Assembly (NCBI GenBank): GCA_965246715.1
Contig: CBDFFH010000044.1
Span: 32,001-96,000, forward strand
From: Chamaesiphon sp.
Lineage (GTDB): Bacteria; Cyanobacteriota; Cyanobacteriia; Cyanobacteriales; Chamaesiphonaceae
DNA length: 64,000 nucleotides
Reading direction: 5' to 3'
Of this stretch, positions 49,941-59,820 are shown piece after piece (the first letter of the stretch is position 1; every line of letters begins with the position of its first letter). The notes under the pieces were generated by a model, which was given only the letters and a program-made list of their open reading frames with translations, made no database searches and was not told the DNA's origin. Made by a program: the position numbers and the translations under genes.

Positions 49941-50876
49941 CTAGTTATTAGCCACTAATTTAGTGACAAGATCGCAGAAAAACTGGATCGGCGGGAGTTG
50001 GAGTCTGTCACGAGAGGTGACGAGGACGACTTGACGGGAGAGATCGATTGCTGGTTGGGGCATCGGCTCGCACGGATTGTCGTTTGCGTTAGCAATCGAT
50101 CGAACAGCCAAAGATGGATCGCTACCGATATCTAATAATGCCGATTGCGGCAGGAGCGCGATTAATTCTCCTTGCCGAACCACGCCCCGAAAGGCATCGA
50201 GCGTATTTAATTCTAACACTGCATTGAGTTGGCTGCCTTGTTTGCTAAATTGTTCTTGTACCAATCGTTGCATTCCATAACCGTCTTTGAATACCACTTG
50301 GGGATATTTTACCAGTTGTGCCCAGGGGACGAGATCGTATTGAGTGAGGGGATGTTGTGCTGACATGAGAATCTCGATCGGTTCGCGATAGAGATCGAGT
50401 ACCACCAGATCGGGACTAGCCGTAAACATCCGATTGTCCATCACGATCGCGATATCTACCAGGCCATCTTTGAGTACTTTCAAGGCGCGATCGCTACCTA
50501 GTGCGGTTACGCGCAATTGCACTTGCGGATATCGGCGACAAAACTCTTGTAAGATCGGCGGTAACAAATGGGCACAGACTGAATGAATGGCGGCGACGCA
50601 AAGTTCTGGCTGTTTGCCGACGAGGAGGTCTTCGATCGATTTATGTGCCAATGTCCATTCATTACAGATCTTGCGCGCATGTGGTAAAAGTCGATCGCCA
50701 CCAACTGTTAATTTTGCTTGATGGTGACGATGAAATAACGAAATCCCTAAATCTTCTTCCAATGATTGGATTTGACGGCTGATGGTCGATTGGGTGCAAC
50801 CACAGACCCCAGCAGCTTGTTGAAAACTACCTGTTTCGGCGATCGCCAGAAAGGCTTGCAACTGTTCGATCCGCAT
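49941..50876 (-). CDS. ntcB: LysR-type nitrate-assimilation regulator NtcB
   Basis: MRIEQLQAFLAIAETGSFQQAA, LRVTALGSDRALKVL and FKDGYGMQRLV motifs; synteny with cnaT. Confidence 0.8.
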   Translation of the reverse strand: MRIEQLQAFLAIAETGSFQQAAGVCGCTQSTISRQIQSLEEDLGISLFHRHHQAKLTVGGDRLLPHARKICNEWTLAHKSIEDLLVGKQPELCVAAIHSVCAHLLPPILQEFCRRYPQVQLRVTALGSDRALKVLKDGLVDIAIVMDNRMFTASPDLVVLDLYREPIEILMSAQHPLTQYDLVPWAQLVKYPQVVFKDGYGMQRLVQEQFSKQGSQLNAVLELNTLDAFRGVVRQGELIALLPQSALLDIGSDPSLAVRSIANANDNPCEPMPQPAIDLSRQVVLVTSRDRLQLPPIQFFCDLVTKLVANN

Positions 50877-51003
50877 AACTGAATTAATCGATCGGCGATG
50901 TGAGCAATTTGGCTCGAGACAATCTTAACGATTGTTACTGACCAATCAGAGCTGGGAGCTATATTGTAGCCGGAAAACTCTCACTCTAGATCCAGTATTT
51001 AAA

Positions 51004-51803
51004 ACCCAAGTTGCTACCTAACGTCAGTTCGGGATAAGGAAAATTGATTTGCTCCGCTCAAGCCCCGCCCTGAACTATAAGTTCGGGCTAATAGCTAAAG
51101 TTCTCTGAAGAGAACTGCAAAATCGATTAGTTCGTTTCAACGAACTTTAGCTATTAGCCCCAAATTCATTTGAGGGCGGTGCGAAAACGAAGCTAGGAGT
51201 GATTAAGCACAAATCCTTAACCCGAACTCACGTTACCTAACGTCAGTTCGGGTTAAGGCTCTACGTTTTAGGCCATTCTTGGATTGGTGCTTTCCTAGAG
51301 GTTACTAGTGAGGAGAACCCGGATCTGGGGGTCGGAACCCCCAGACCCCCCGTTGAGGAGCGACCCAAATCGCGCTGAGGTCTCCGTCTGGCGACACGTC
51401 TCGCTTCGCTCGCCTACAGCGCGATTTGGGTCAAGACAGCGGAGTGCCGCCCCTCAATCCCCTGTCTTGACTCGCTAAACCGTCGGGAAACCCGACGAGC
51501 GCGAGTCGCTGCACAAGGGTTGGTTTGTTGGCAGCGATTAGCGCTTCGCATTAGCTTCGCAATGAGAATCGATCTGTGGGTTGGGGTCGATTTGCTGGGG
51601 ACGGTTCCGAAACGAGTCCAGGAGTCATTAATCGGTAATACTTAACCCGAACTGACGTTACCTACAACTCCTCCAGCGGTTTTAACCGCTGCTCACGCTG
51701 CAAAGTCCGCCTTCGCGGACTAATAAACTAGTCCGCGAAGGCGGACTTTGCATCATTAGCCACGATTTCAATCGTTGGCATTCTAGTAGGTAGCAACTTG
51801 GGT
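51004..51803. mobile_element. Outer MITE (ACCC ends) containing two tandem IS982-type MITEs
   Basis: Outer TIR ACCCAAGTTGCTACCTAC / GTAGGTAGCAACTTGGGT with 8-bp TSD TATTTAAA. Inner elements 51021-51233 and 51240-51658 are bounded by three TACCTA copies. Confidence 0.88.
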
Positions 51804-51896
51804 TATTTAAAGTGAAACTCCCTAACAAGCTAATTGCTAAGGAGTCGGTACATATTGTTATACCTAAATTTTGAGTCAAATCGGATCGATCGCGAT

Positions 51897-52232
51897 CTAG
51901 TGAGCGGAGCTGCCGATCGAAGTATCGAACGGATTGGGGAGATCCGCAGTCCGAATCGCACCACCTTTGTTGGTCTGCTGGCGCATTCCTTCGCGATATA
52001 CGCGTTCGACCGACTGAGAATCACTCAGATATTCTTGGTCGGGATAGCTCAAGCCAAGTAATAAGGTTGCTTGCCGATCGATGCCAGCATTGCGATAGAT
52101 ATCGCCAGTCTGCTCGAATACAGCACGATTCATCGCATCGGCAATACTTTCTGGAGTTTGTTGTGCTTGTGCTTGGGGGGCAAAATAGCCAAGCGCCGCT
52201 ACAGTCAATGTTACTAAACCAATTGTCTTCAT
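51897..52232 (-). CDS. Secreted hypothetical cyanobacterial protein
   Basis: Signal peptide ending AQA; C-terminal IRTADLPNPFDTS. Confidence 0.7.
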   Translation of the reverse strand: MKTIGLVTLTVAALGYFAPQAQAQQTPESIADAMNRAVFEQTGDIYRNAGIDRQATLLLGLSYPDQEYLSDSQSVERVYREGMRQQTNKGGAIRTADLPNPFDTSIGSSAH

Positions 52233-52398
52233 TTGCATCGCGATCTAAACCTCTATATCGATTATTTACGTTATTCAACCGATCTTTGTCCGCATCGGGA
52301 ACATTCGATCTAAGTGGTGACTAGTGACTAGTAGATAGTGGATAGTGGATAGAGTCAGAATCCACTCCCTAAAATTACTAAATCCCTAATCCAAAATT

Positions 52399-53007
52399 AT
52401 GAAACCACCTGTTGGCAATATTCCCTGGACGGAGCTAGATCTAACTATTTTGCGCCAACATCTGCTAGATCTGTTGTGTCGATTGGCTTACAAAGAAGGA
52501 GATTTCGTGCTCTCCTCCGGTCAAAAAAGTACCTATTATATCAATGGTAAACAAGTTACCCTCCATCCGGAAGGTGCTGTTGCTTCCGCGCGGATCTTTT
52601 TGGCCATGCTACCTACCGATACAGCTGCTGTGGCTGGATTGACGCTCGGTGCCGATCCGCTCGTATCGGCGGTGAGCGTCATTTCTGTTTATGAAGGTCG
52701 TACGCCAACGATTCCCGCCTTAATCGTGCGCAAAGAAGCCAAAGGACACGGGACACAAGCCTATATCGAGGGAGCGACGCTCGCACCTGGCGCTAAGGTA
52801 GTTGTCTTGGAAGATGTCGTGACGACCGGACAATCGGCAATGAAAGCAGTAGAAAGACTTAGAGCTGCGGGTTATAGCGTCGATCGCATTCTCACTTTAG
52901 TCGATCGCGAGCAAGGTGGTGCCGAATTTTATGCTAGCCAAGGATTGCAATTTGAGGCGATCTTCACGATCCAAGATTTACAGCAGCGATACCGAGAGAT
53001 CGGTTAA
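52399..53007 (+). CDS. pyrE: Orotate phosphoribosyltransferase
   Basis: GDFVLSSGQKS, RKEAKGHGT and VLEDVVTTG motifs. Confidence 0.95.
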   Translation: MKPPVGNIPWTELDLTILRQHLLDLLCRLAYKEGDFVLSSGQKSTYYINGKQVTLHPEGAVASARIFLAMLPTDTAAVAGLTLGADPLVSAVSVISVYEGRTPTIPALIVRKEAKGHGTQAYIEGATLAPGAKVVVLEDVVTTGQSAMKAVERLRAAGYSVDRILTLVDREQGGAEFYASQGLQFEAIFTIQDLQQRYREIG

Positions 53008-53400
53008 TTGGTTTGGGGTTTATAGGTGTGTGGGAATTGTTGGGAGTATCGAAATATCTGACTATATATCGACATCGGCGCGCCGAGACGTTAGATTCCC
53101 TTTACCCTTTCCCCCTCCCAGTGTGATTTTCCGCACACGAAACTTAGCGATCCCCCATCTGAGAAATTCTTTTCAGTCATTCAGCCCATGTTGAAATGGT
53201 AGCAAATGGGGGAAGATATCAATGTTCTCGAAATTTTCACCAAAAAATAATGTTTAGTGCAAACTAGACTACATAAATAACTTAAGCTTGACCTGAATTT
53301 CAATCGCATAGTTAGGATGAAACGAACAGAACCACAGCGATAGTCATTCTTGACAATTGCCACCAAAGCTCTCACCGAACATTGCTTCGGAAGTTGACAT

Positions 53401-53733
53401 ATGGCTGTATCTCTCAAAATTATCAAACCAGCAGGCGTACTCGATGGCGTGCAGGCAAACGAATTGCGCCAACGAGTAAGCGAACTAGTAGCAGCAGGAA
53501 ATAATCTCGTATTGCTCGATATGGCAGATGTCAATTTTATCGATAGTTCGGGATTAGGTTCTTTGATCGTTACACTCAAGATGCTCAGAACTGCTGGCGG
53601 CGATTTGTACTTATATTCGATCGCTGAACCAGTCCGTAGCTTACTCAGTGCCACCCGGATGGATCGGTTGTTTGAAAATCCGATCGCGCCGACATTACTT
53701 GGTAGTGCAAAGTTGCCAGATGTGCGGGACTGA
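53401..53733 (+). CDS. STAS-domain anti-sigma-factor antagonist
   Basis: LDMADVNFIDSSGLG motif. Confidence 0.9.
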   Translation: MAVSLKIIKPAGVLDGVQANELRQRVSELVAAGNNLVLLDMADVNFIDSSGLGSLIVTLKMLRTAGGDLYLYSIAEPVRSLLSATRMDRLFENPIAPTLLGSAKLPDVRD

Positions 53734-53786
53734 AAAGCTGCTAGAGTAATTGAGAATAATATCAAAAAATTGCGAGGAAAGTTAGT

Positions 53787-54950
53787 TTGAGTCAGCGTTC
53801 TGGTATTGCACCCCACGGCGGTAAGTTAATCGATCGCATCGCCACCCCCGCTCAAAAAGCTGAATTTTTGAGCAAAGCCGACCATTTACCCCGAGTCGAG
53901 CTGGACGAACGAGCCTTCTCCGATCTAGTAATGATTGCGATCGGTGCGTTTAGTCCACTGACAGGGTTTATGCCAGAAGCGGATTATCAACATGTCGTTG
54001 CAAAAATGCGACTGGCTGATGGCTTACCATGGTCGATTCCGATTACGTTATCGGTAACTGAGGCTGTGGCTGCGCCGTTAGTAGTCGGTACGCTCGTCCG
54101 GTTGGACGATAATATGGGTAGATTCGTTGGGGTGCTCGAACTCAGCCAAAAATACACCTATGACAAGCAGCAAGAGGCGATCGATGTCTATCGCACCGAT
54201 GATGCCAAGCATCCGGGTGTCAAGGTTGTTTACGACCAGGGTGAGGTTAATTTAGCGGGTGATGTATGGCTGCTAGAACGGGAAGCTCATCCCCAATTCC
54301 CAAGTTATCAAATCGATCCTGCCGCCTCACGCGCGGCCTTTCAAGCTAAGGGCTGGAAGACGATCGTGGGATTTCAAACCCGCAACCCGATCCACCGCGC
54401 ACATGAATACATCCAAAAATGTGCGATGGAAACCGTCGATGGTTTGTTCTTACACCCATTAGTCGGCGCGACCAAAGAAGATGATATCCCCGCCGACGTG
54501 CGGATGCGCTGCTATGAAATCATTCTCGAACATTACTATCCCAGCGATCGCGTAATTCTTGGCATCAATCCGGCCGCGATGCGTTATGCTGGACCCCGCG
54601 AAGCCATCTTCCACGCTCTAATTCGGAAGAATTATGGTTGTACCCATTTTATCGTCGGCCGCGACCATGCAGGGGTGGGTGACTACTATGGCACATATGA
54701 CGCACAACACATTTTTAGTGAATTCGAGCCAGGCGAACTTGGGATTACACCGATGATGTTCGAGCACGCTTTCTACTGTCTGGTTACCAAGTCGATGGCA
54801 ACTACCAAAACTAGCCCCAGTACTCCCGAACAACGCGTACATTTATCCGGTACCAAAGTTCGCGATCTCCTACGTAAAGGCGAATTACCACCACCAGAAT
54901 TTTCGCGTCCGGAAGTTGCCGCTGAATTAATTCGGGCGATGAAAGGATAG
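53787..54950 (+). CDS. sat: Sulfate adenylyltransferase
   Basis: [27 protein letters not shown] and LSGTKVR motifs; TTG start. Confidence 0.97.
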   Translation: MSQRSGIAPHGGKLIDRIATPAQKAEFLSKADHLPRVELDERAFSDLVMIAIGAFSPLTGFMPEADYQHVVAKMRLADGLPWSIPITLSVTEAVAAPLVVGTLVRLDDNMGRFVGVLELSQKYTYDKQQEAIDVYRTDDAKHPGVKVVYDQGEVNLAGDVWLLEREAHPQFPSYQIDPAASRAAFQAKGWKTIVGFQTRNPIHRAHEYIQKCAMETVDGLFLHPLVGATKEDDIPADVRMRCYEIILEHYYPSDRVILGINPAAMRYAGPREAIFHALIRKNYGCTHFIVGRDHAGVGDYYGTYDAQHIFSEFEPGELGITPMMFEHAFYCLVTKSMATTKTSPSTPEQRVHLSGTKVRDLLRKGELPPPEFSRPEVAAELIRAMKG

Positions 54951-54980
54951 CACGGCAGATTGATTATCCGTCCGATTATA

Positions 54981-55022
54981 TTGCCCCCTAGCCCTTAATT
55001 ATGGGGGCTAGGGGGCAATTTC
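54981..55022 (+). terminator. Terminator-like hairpin after sat
   Basis: TTGCCCCCTAGCCC...GGGCTAGGGGGCAA stem followed by TTT. Confidence 0.65.
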
Positions 55023-55284
55023 ATGCCGATCGAGATCTACGAACATAATCTAAATAATTAGATAAAATCTACCCGATCGCATTAGTAATTATTTGCGATT
55101 GGGGCAGGATAATGAAACAAAATTTGTCCTGCTACATCTTAGATATTAGAAGACCTGACTTTTAGGCAGTAGATTTTACACAAGTGCGTAATTCCACACC
55201 TAATCGGCTCAATTTTTCATGATAATCTGTAAATTGTCGCCCTCCACAGTCAAACACACCATAACTGTAAAACTCGACCTAAAT

Positions 55285-55722
55285 ATGTCAATTAAATTTC
55301 CAATCTCTGTGGTTACTCTTGCTACTGTACTAACTTTAGTTCACAGTGCGATCGCTTCTGCTGAAGCATACAAGTCTGGGCCAGATCAAGTGGTAGTGAC
55401 TGGTTTAAATGCCAAACAAAAATATGATGTTCGCGCTGTCAGTCTTAAAGGAAAACAAGGCAAGAAGTCAGCACAAGCGAATACTTGTGGTGAGCTACTA
55501 ATCAATGGTACTTCTAAAATTAAGTCATTGGCGGTAGGTACCGAAACAATCGATGTTGCGACCTTAAGCACCAAGCCTCACGCTCGCTGTAATGGCAAGA
55601 AAACCGCCGCTGCCAAGCCAGCGAAGATGAAGACAGTAGCACCAGCAGCAATGAGTACTCCAGTAACTACAACTCCAGTAACTACAACTCCTGCAACAAC
55701 TGCTCCTGCAACTACTAAATAG
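55285..55722 (+). CDS. Secreted hypothetical protein with Thr/Pro/Ala-rich tail
   Basis: Signal peptide, two Cys, and (PVTTT)/(PATT) 15-bp repeats. Confidence 0.7.
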   Translation: MSIKFPISVVTLATVLTLVHSAIASAEAYKSGPDQVVVTGLNAKQKYDVRAVSLKGKQGKKSAQANTCGELLINGTSKIKSLAVGTETIDVATLSTKPHARCNGKKTAAAKPAKMKTVAPAAMSTPVTTTPVTTTPATTAPATTK

Positions 55723-55898
55723 AACGGGTGTAAATATCTTCACAATTTGCGCTCGATCGAATGATTGAATTATCTCGATCGAGCGCAACTTTTTAGCGAT
55801 CGCTTATTACTATTCACTCAGATCTTGCATTAGCCTACAAATATAAGTAACTTTATATCTTGCAACTGTTGGAATATACTAATGCTCAGCGTAGATCC

Positions 55899-55961
55899 AG
55901 GGTACCCACAAGGGGCACCCTTACAGGTTGATTGTGTAGGGGTGCCCCTTGTGGGTACCCT
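55899..55961. repeat. GTAG-type REP doublet (REPIN-like)
   Basis: GGGTACCCACAAGGGGCACCCTTAC...GTAGGGGTGCCCTTGTGGGTACCC; related copy at 59618-59703. Confidence 0.8.
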
Positions 55962-55997
55962 CGGGTTGTGGCAGTAACGATCGATCGAGATGTAAAA

Positions 55998-56870
55998 TTA
56001 TAGGTATTTTTTCAGTAACAATTCTAATTTTTGTTTAGTGGCATCGGGAACCTTGTCCATCGGTGTAATGATTGCGTACTTGAGCGCAGAATGTGCATCA
56101 GACACAAACGGATTTGCACCGAGGCGACGGACTGTTTCTAGAATTACCCGCTGAGCATTCTCCGCATTTTTGTGCAAGTTGGCAATTATCAACTCCACAG
56201 TGACATTATCGTGGTCGGGATGCCAACAATCATAATCAGTGGCTAATGCCAAAGTCGCATACGCAATTTCCGCTTCTCTAGCTAACTTAGCTTCGGGTAA
56301 ATTAGTCATCCCGATAATCGTCCCGCCGAGCATTCGATACATATTCGACTCAGCTTTTGTCGAAAATGCTGGGCCTTCCATACATATATATGTCCCGCCT
56401 TTATGTAAAGCAATATCCGGGAGCTGAAGTGATTCGATCGATTCTACTAAAACAGCGGCTAATTGGTGACAAATCGGATCGCCAAACGCAATATGTCCGA
56501 CGATGCCTTCTCCAAAAAAAGTACTCACCCGACTGTTAGTGCGATCGATAAATTGGTCGGGTAAAACTAAATCTAACGGCTTGACTTCTGCTTGTAACGA
56601 GCCTACTGCCGATGCTGAAATGAGATATTCAACCCCGATCTGCTTCATCGCATAGATATTCGCACGATACGGCACTTCTGACGGTGTGAGATGGTGATTT
56701 CTGCCATGCCTAGCCAAAAAAGCTACTTGCGAACCTGCTAAATCTCCAACGATGAGATTATCTGAAGGCTTCCCAAACGGCGTGTCGACCGACACCTCGC
56801 GCACGTTTGTTAAGGCGGACATCTGATAGAGTCCACTGCCGCCAATAATGCCAATTTTTAGATCCGTCAT
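55998..56870 (-). CDS. mtnP: S-methyl-5'-thioadenosine phosphorylase
   Basis: [25 protein letters not shown] and TDYDCW motifs. Confidence 0.95.
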   Translation of the reverse strand: MTDLKIGIIGGSGLYQMSALTNVREVSVDTPFGKPSDNLIVGDLAGSQVAFLARHGRNHHLTPSEVPYRANIYAMKQIGVEYLISASAVGSLQAEVKPLDLVLPDQFIDRTNSRVSTFFGEGIVGHIAFGDPICHQLAAVLVESIESLQLPDIALHKGGTYICMEGPAFSTKAESNMYRMLGGTIIGMTNLPEAKLAREAEIAYATLALATDYDCWHPDHDNVTVELIIANLHKNAENAQRVILETVRRLGANPFVSDAHSALKYAIITPMDKVPDATKQKLELLLKKYL

Positions 56871-56908
56871 CGATAAATTTCTCCTATTACGTCCCAGCTT
56901 AGTTAGAT

Positions 56909-57319
56909 TTAGGGTGATGTTTTTGCGGCATTAATTTTAGTTTCGATATCGATTAAGGTATCTAAAACTATCCGTTTGGCATAGAGTTGCCAGCCCAATT
57001 TTTGAATCCAGATTGCCGCAGCCGTCCCGCCGACTGCACCGATAAAATCTAACGGTTGATTTAGCGAGATTCCAAATAATAGCCCCAAACCTGCAATCCC
57101 CCAAAAGGGTAAAGCCACAGTTTGGCGTTGGGTTTCCACCAATTTAAAAATTCCTCCGGTCGGTAATTCCTGTTCTAAAGCGGCTTTGACTTGCTTTTGT
57201 TCCGCCATCGTTACCGATAAACCAATTTTCTGCCGCAATTTCTCAATTTTGCGTAAATCGCTGCTGTATTGGGTCAGTTCGTCTTCTGCCATTAATACCA
57301 AGCGTTCGTACTGTCCCAC
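56909..57319 (-). CDS. Conserved cyanobacterial membrane protein
   Basis: GTG start, two TM segments; plausible co-transcription with mtnP. Confidence 0.7.
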   Translation of the reverse strand: MGQYERLVLMAEDELTQYSSDLRKIEKLRQKIGLSVTMAEQKQVKAALEQELPTGGIFKLVETQRQTVALPFWGIAGLGLLFGISLNQPLDFIGAVGGTAAAIWIQKLGWQLYAKRIVLDTLIDIETKINAAKTSP

Positions 57320-57730
57320 AGATTAACTCGTCCCTACTAAAAGATTCCTAACCGATCGTACCTTATTTTCTGACTGTAGAAACAGCTGGCGATGCTAGTT
57401 CCGTATCGTTAGCAACGAGGTTAAGCCAATGCGTTTACAGCGTCTCGTGGGCAGGTAGCCTCTTAAAGAGAAGCCTCTGTCTGTGCAGAGCAGTGGCTAC
57501 TCCAATAGCCAGATGTCAGATGTGGTAGTTTTCTGGGCACAATAAGGTCGTGTTAGTTCGTGAGTCAATCGTAACCGAGCGATCCCCGGTTGGTTAGAGG
57601 CGATCGCGATCGCTAACAAATTGTGATGCAGATCGCATTTTAGTTATAATCGATACTACAATTATGGTAATTGAGGATCGACCAACAAAGGCGACGATCC
57701 ATCTACTCTAGTCTAAACTCCAGTTAAGCT

Positions 57731-58762
57731 ATGAAGATTATCAAGAGACTGTTAGGTATTTTAGGTAGTAAGTTACAAACAACTCAAACTGCTGTCGATC
57801 GCTTGGCAATTGTTGGGGAAGATAGCTTGATGCTCTCCGAGCTAAACTTGCCCGATTGTCTGATCCCCGCTGCATCCGAACGGCTGGAAAATTCAGCTAA
57901 TTTCAATCGCCTTTGTCTGAGAAATTATCAACTCACTGAGATGCCTGTTGGCATCGGTGAATTGCACGATCTCGTTAGCCTCAAGCTCGATAGTAATTGT
58001 TTGACGCATCTACCCGAAAATATCGGTGATTTGATTAATTTAACTGAGTTATATTTGGGTGATAATAGATTAGTCAACTTACCAGCGCAGATCGGGGACT
58101 TGAGGAACCTATCTTGGTTGAGTTTATGGGATAACCAACTCACTCAGCTGCCAGATAGTATCGCTCGCTTGAAAAACTTAACTGGACTGCAACTGCGAGA
58201 TAATTATCTAAAAACCTTGCCACAAGAGATCGGTAATCTTACTAAATTAACTAGATTGGATCTCAGTAACAATCAACTTCAGTTCTTACCCAAAGGCATT
58301 GGTAATCTCACCAATTTAGTCGAACTAACGCTCGATCGCAATCAACTAACCGCTCTACCCACAGAAATCGGCAATCTCAGTACATTAGTCGATCTTAACT
58401 TAAGCAATAATCGCCTAGTTGATTTACCAGAAAGTATTGCTAATTTAACCAAATTGACAGCTCTCGATTTAAGCGATAATCAACTAACAGCTTTACCGAA
58501 AAGTATCGCCAATCTGCCTAATTTAAAATGGGTTAATTTAGATAATAATCCTTTAACCGATCTATCGCCACTTCAAGCTTTGCCAGAAAATACATCAGTT
58601 ACGTTCTTCGGCATTGAGATTCCCAAAAGATTTCGCACTAGCTTAGCTGAATGGCAATCGAGCTGTTTGCTGAGCGATCGCAATTCCGAGATTTGTCGAT
58701 TATTATTCGATCGAGTCAGCTATAGTCGTCTCGATCGCGAACTAGCAACTCCAAATTACTAG
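57731..58762 (+). CDS. Leucine-rich repeat protein with truncated DUF6745-like tail
   Basis: About ten 23-aa LxxLxLxxNxLxxLPxxIGx repeats, then FFGIEIP...LLSDRNSEICRLLFDRVSY. Confidence 0.85.
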   Translation: MKIIKRLLGILGSKLQTTQTAVDRLAIVGEDSLMLSELNLPDCLIPAASERLENSANFNRLCLRNYQLTEMPVGIGELHDLVSLKLDSNCLTHLPENIGDLINLTELYLGDNRLVNLPAQIGDLRNLSWLSLWDNQLTQLPDSIARLKNLTGLQLRDNYLKTLPQEIGNLTKLTRLDLSNNQLQFLPKGIGNLTNLVELTLDRNQLTALPTEIGNLSTLVDLNLSNNRLVDLPESIANLTKLTALDLSDNQLTALPKSIANLPNLKWVNLDNNPLTDLSPLQALPENTSVTFFGIEIPKRFRTSLAEWQSSCLLSDRNSEICRLLFDRVSYSRLDRELATPNY

Positions 58763-58771
58763 ATCTTCTAC

Positions 58772-59560
58772 CTAATTAAACCTGCGATTGTCAAGCTGGT
58801 ACTTGGTGATAAATTCTCGCACGACTATTTTTAGAGGTTCGTCTAAAATAGTTAGAATTTGAGTTGTAATTTCAGCTGGCACGTCGCCATAAAAAGCCTC
58901 AGCAATTCCACCAGCCATACAGGCGAGCGTATCACTATCGCCACCAAGCGAGATTGCATTCCGAATCGCATCTTCATAATCGGTTGATTCTAAAAAGGCG
59001 ATAATTGCTTCCGGTACAGAAGCTTGGCAAGATAACTCAAATGTGTATCCCGGACGAATCTCGTCAAGGGTTCGATCGAGATAATATCCAAAAGTTGTGT
59101 GAATATAATCGCGAATCTCTAACTTACTTTTACCAGTTCTTGCTAAGAAAATAGCACTAGCAATTGCTTGTGCGCCTTTAATTCCTTCAGGATGATTGTG
59201 AGTAGCCTCAGCACTAATTTTTGCTTCTAATAGTACCCGATCTAGATTGTCAAAAGCGTACCCGATCGGACTTACCCGCATTGCTGAACCATTGCCCCAA
59301 CTGTTGTATGGTTCTAGATCCTCAGATGCACCCCATTGCGCGAATTTACCGCCATAACCTGCCTGGGGATAATTCCGATAATATGCTCTAAGTAATTTCG
59401 GATAACCACCACCATAGAGTAAGTTGTCAGCAACCGCGATCGTCAATACCGTATCGTCAGTAAATCTAGAATACTGACTAAATAGTGGAAAATCTTTAGT
59501 TTTCAGTCCAGCAAATTCATAGCTAGAACCGATAATATCACCCGCGATCGCACCCAACAT
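58772..59560 (-). CDS. ADP-ribosylglycohydrolase (DraG/ARH family)
   Basis: GAIAGDIIGS, TDDT, GNGSAMR, THNH and GGDSDT motifs; AAGGAG RBS before ATG 59560. Confidence 0.93.
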   Translation of the reverse strand: MLGAIAGDIIGSSYEFAGLKTKDFPLFSQYSRFTDDTVLTIAVADNLLYGGGYPKLLRAYYRNYPQAGYGGKFAQWGASEDLEPYNSWGNGSAMRVSPIGYAFDNLDRVLLEAKISAEATHNHPEGIKGAQAIASAIFLARTGKSKLEIRDYIHTTFGYYLDRTLDEIRPGYTFELSCQASVPEAIIAFLESTDYEDAIRNAISLGGDSDTLACMAGGIAEAFYGDVPAEITTQILTILDEPLKIVVREFITKYQLDNRRFN

Positions 59561-59820
59561 ATCTAGCTCCTTAAATTCAAAATACTGAATTGATGTATGA
59601 AACGCACAAACAATCTTGTAGGGGTAATGCCTCGCTTGCACTGAGCTTGTCGAAGTGTGCTTACCCCGAATCGATTAAGGGTACCCACCAGGGGCACCCC
59701 TACAAAAAATCATACACAAAGTCAGCCACGCTGCTTTGGCAATCTATCGATCGAACTTGGGCATATTAGATACATTGACTGTTTTCCATGCCAGCAGTTG
59801 GATTTAGTATTGCGAAGATT

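Noticed and set aside
50877..51003. NtcA box upstream of ntcB
   Set aside because: The best candidate, GTAGCCGGAAAAC, has the wrong spacing for GTA-N8-TAC.
51015..51803. Repeated ACGTCAGTTCGGG units as a CRISPR array
   Set aside because: They are inverted pairs with TSDs and irregular 200-400-bp interiors, so they are MITEs.
53181..53816. 211-aa antisense ORF and other short overlapping ORFs in the track
   Set aside because: They are shadows of well-supported genes on the opposite strand or frame, with no motifs.
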